From NCBI GenBank assembly GCA_027923505.1, contig BROI01000003.1, forward strand, positions 558,001 to 622,000: 64,000 bases of DNA, written 5' to 3'. Source of the stretch: Mayamaea pseudoterrestris (Eukaryota). The notes below the pieces were generated by a model. That model ran no database searches. It saw only the letters and a program-made list of their open reading frames with translations, and was not told the DNA's origin. Positions 63,301 to 64,000 of this stretch are shown one piece after another; position 1 is the first letter of the stretch; every line of letters begins with the position of its first letter. Both the position numbers and the translations under genes were made by a program.

Positions 63301-64000
63301 CCTTTGCCCTTGTGCTTCTTTTTGCGTTCCTTCAATTGATCAGGTGTCTCCGTCTGCTCGACTCGACAGACCTTGTAGCCAGCTCGCACCATCATGTCGG
63401 CAAATTTGCCATAAGCAGCTTCCGGAAATCCACTGTGGGCAACGTGCCCTTTCATGTAGGAATGTCCACAAATCTGGACGCCAACGTCGGCGTCCATGTG
63501 GAACAGTTCGTAAAACTTGCCTGTAGCGAAAAGGAGGTGAGTACGCTGGAGAGTTGACGACATTTACATTTCCATTCATGTAATATTGCGCTACGTCAGA
63601 CTCACCAGTTTTGAATAAGAGCACAGCATCAAAGTACTGCGCCTTCAAATCCCACCACTGCTGCACGCCATCCGTTAGTTTGCCGCAGTGCTTCTCAAGC
63701 TCAATTTTATCCACCTTTAGTGTGCGCGGATCATACTCGGGATGACTCGTTGGCCGATTTTGGGCATCGCGTCGGTGAGCATACTGTAGAAACGTTAAAT
63801 GGTTATGTACGTGACTGCCGGGTGGATTGACAACCTCGCGTTGATACATGGGAGGCGCTCCGGTCGATAGAGTCGCCGCGCATGTCTTTCCAATGTTATT
63901 GTGGGAGGAGATGGTCGGAGACTGAAAGGAGGAGCTGTTCGAATGAGCAAGGATGGAGCCAGGTGTTGACTTTTTGTTACTCGACTGCGTAGCCACTGGC
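60351..64000 (-). CDS. MSH6: DNA mismatch repair protein MSH6, 5' end outside window (introns 63521-63605, 61064-61141)
   Basis: YDPRTL, QWWDLK, FKTG|KFYELF, spliced P-loop GVNMG|GKST, STFFVEL, DELGRGTST, FATHY. Confidence 0.96.

Overview
Gene-dense eukaryotic nuclear DNA, most likely from a diatom. This rests on short GT-AG introns, bipartite signal+Phe plastid presequences and a CoDi-type copia element; the species cannot be named from the sequence alone. The left 8 kb is a rearranged retroelement block. A minus-strand Ty3/gypsy element has gag and pol in the same frame separated by one TGA, and its integrase lies in the -1 frame. Its putative 5' LTR abuts an 806-bp ~99% identical copy of 57358-58163 (3' half of uL24m), which is fused directly to a 5'-truncated, frameshifted copia; this geometry looks like the junction of a ~53.3-kb tandem duplication or a haplotype mis-join. 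The rest holds about 24 protein genes (Vti1-like SNARE, TrmA-type methylase, CWC27, PDAT, double CW finger, EF-hand, COG5, HutX-like, signal-peptide spermidine synthase, RsmG, PPR-SMR, uL24m, MSH6 and several orphans) and a tRNA-Glu(TTC). It also contains a ~32-copy 169-bp hairpin-bearing satellite, a decayed ~130-bp Pro/Ser-coding repeat array and a small inverted-repeat cluster. The most notable candidates are a Tudor x3-RING-NUMOD1 x5 protein, the satellite bounded by a tRNA gene, the duplication junction, the gag-UGA-pol arrangement and two orphan repeat proteins. All calls come from reading the sequence and motifs by eye; no database search was run.
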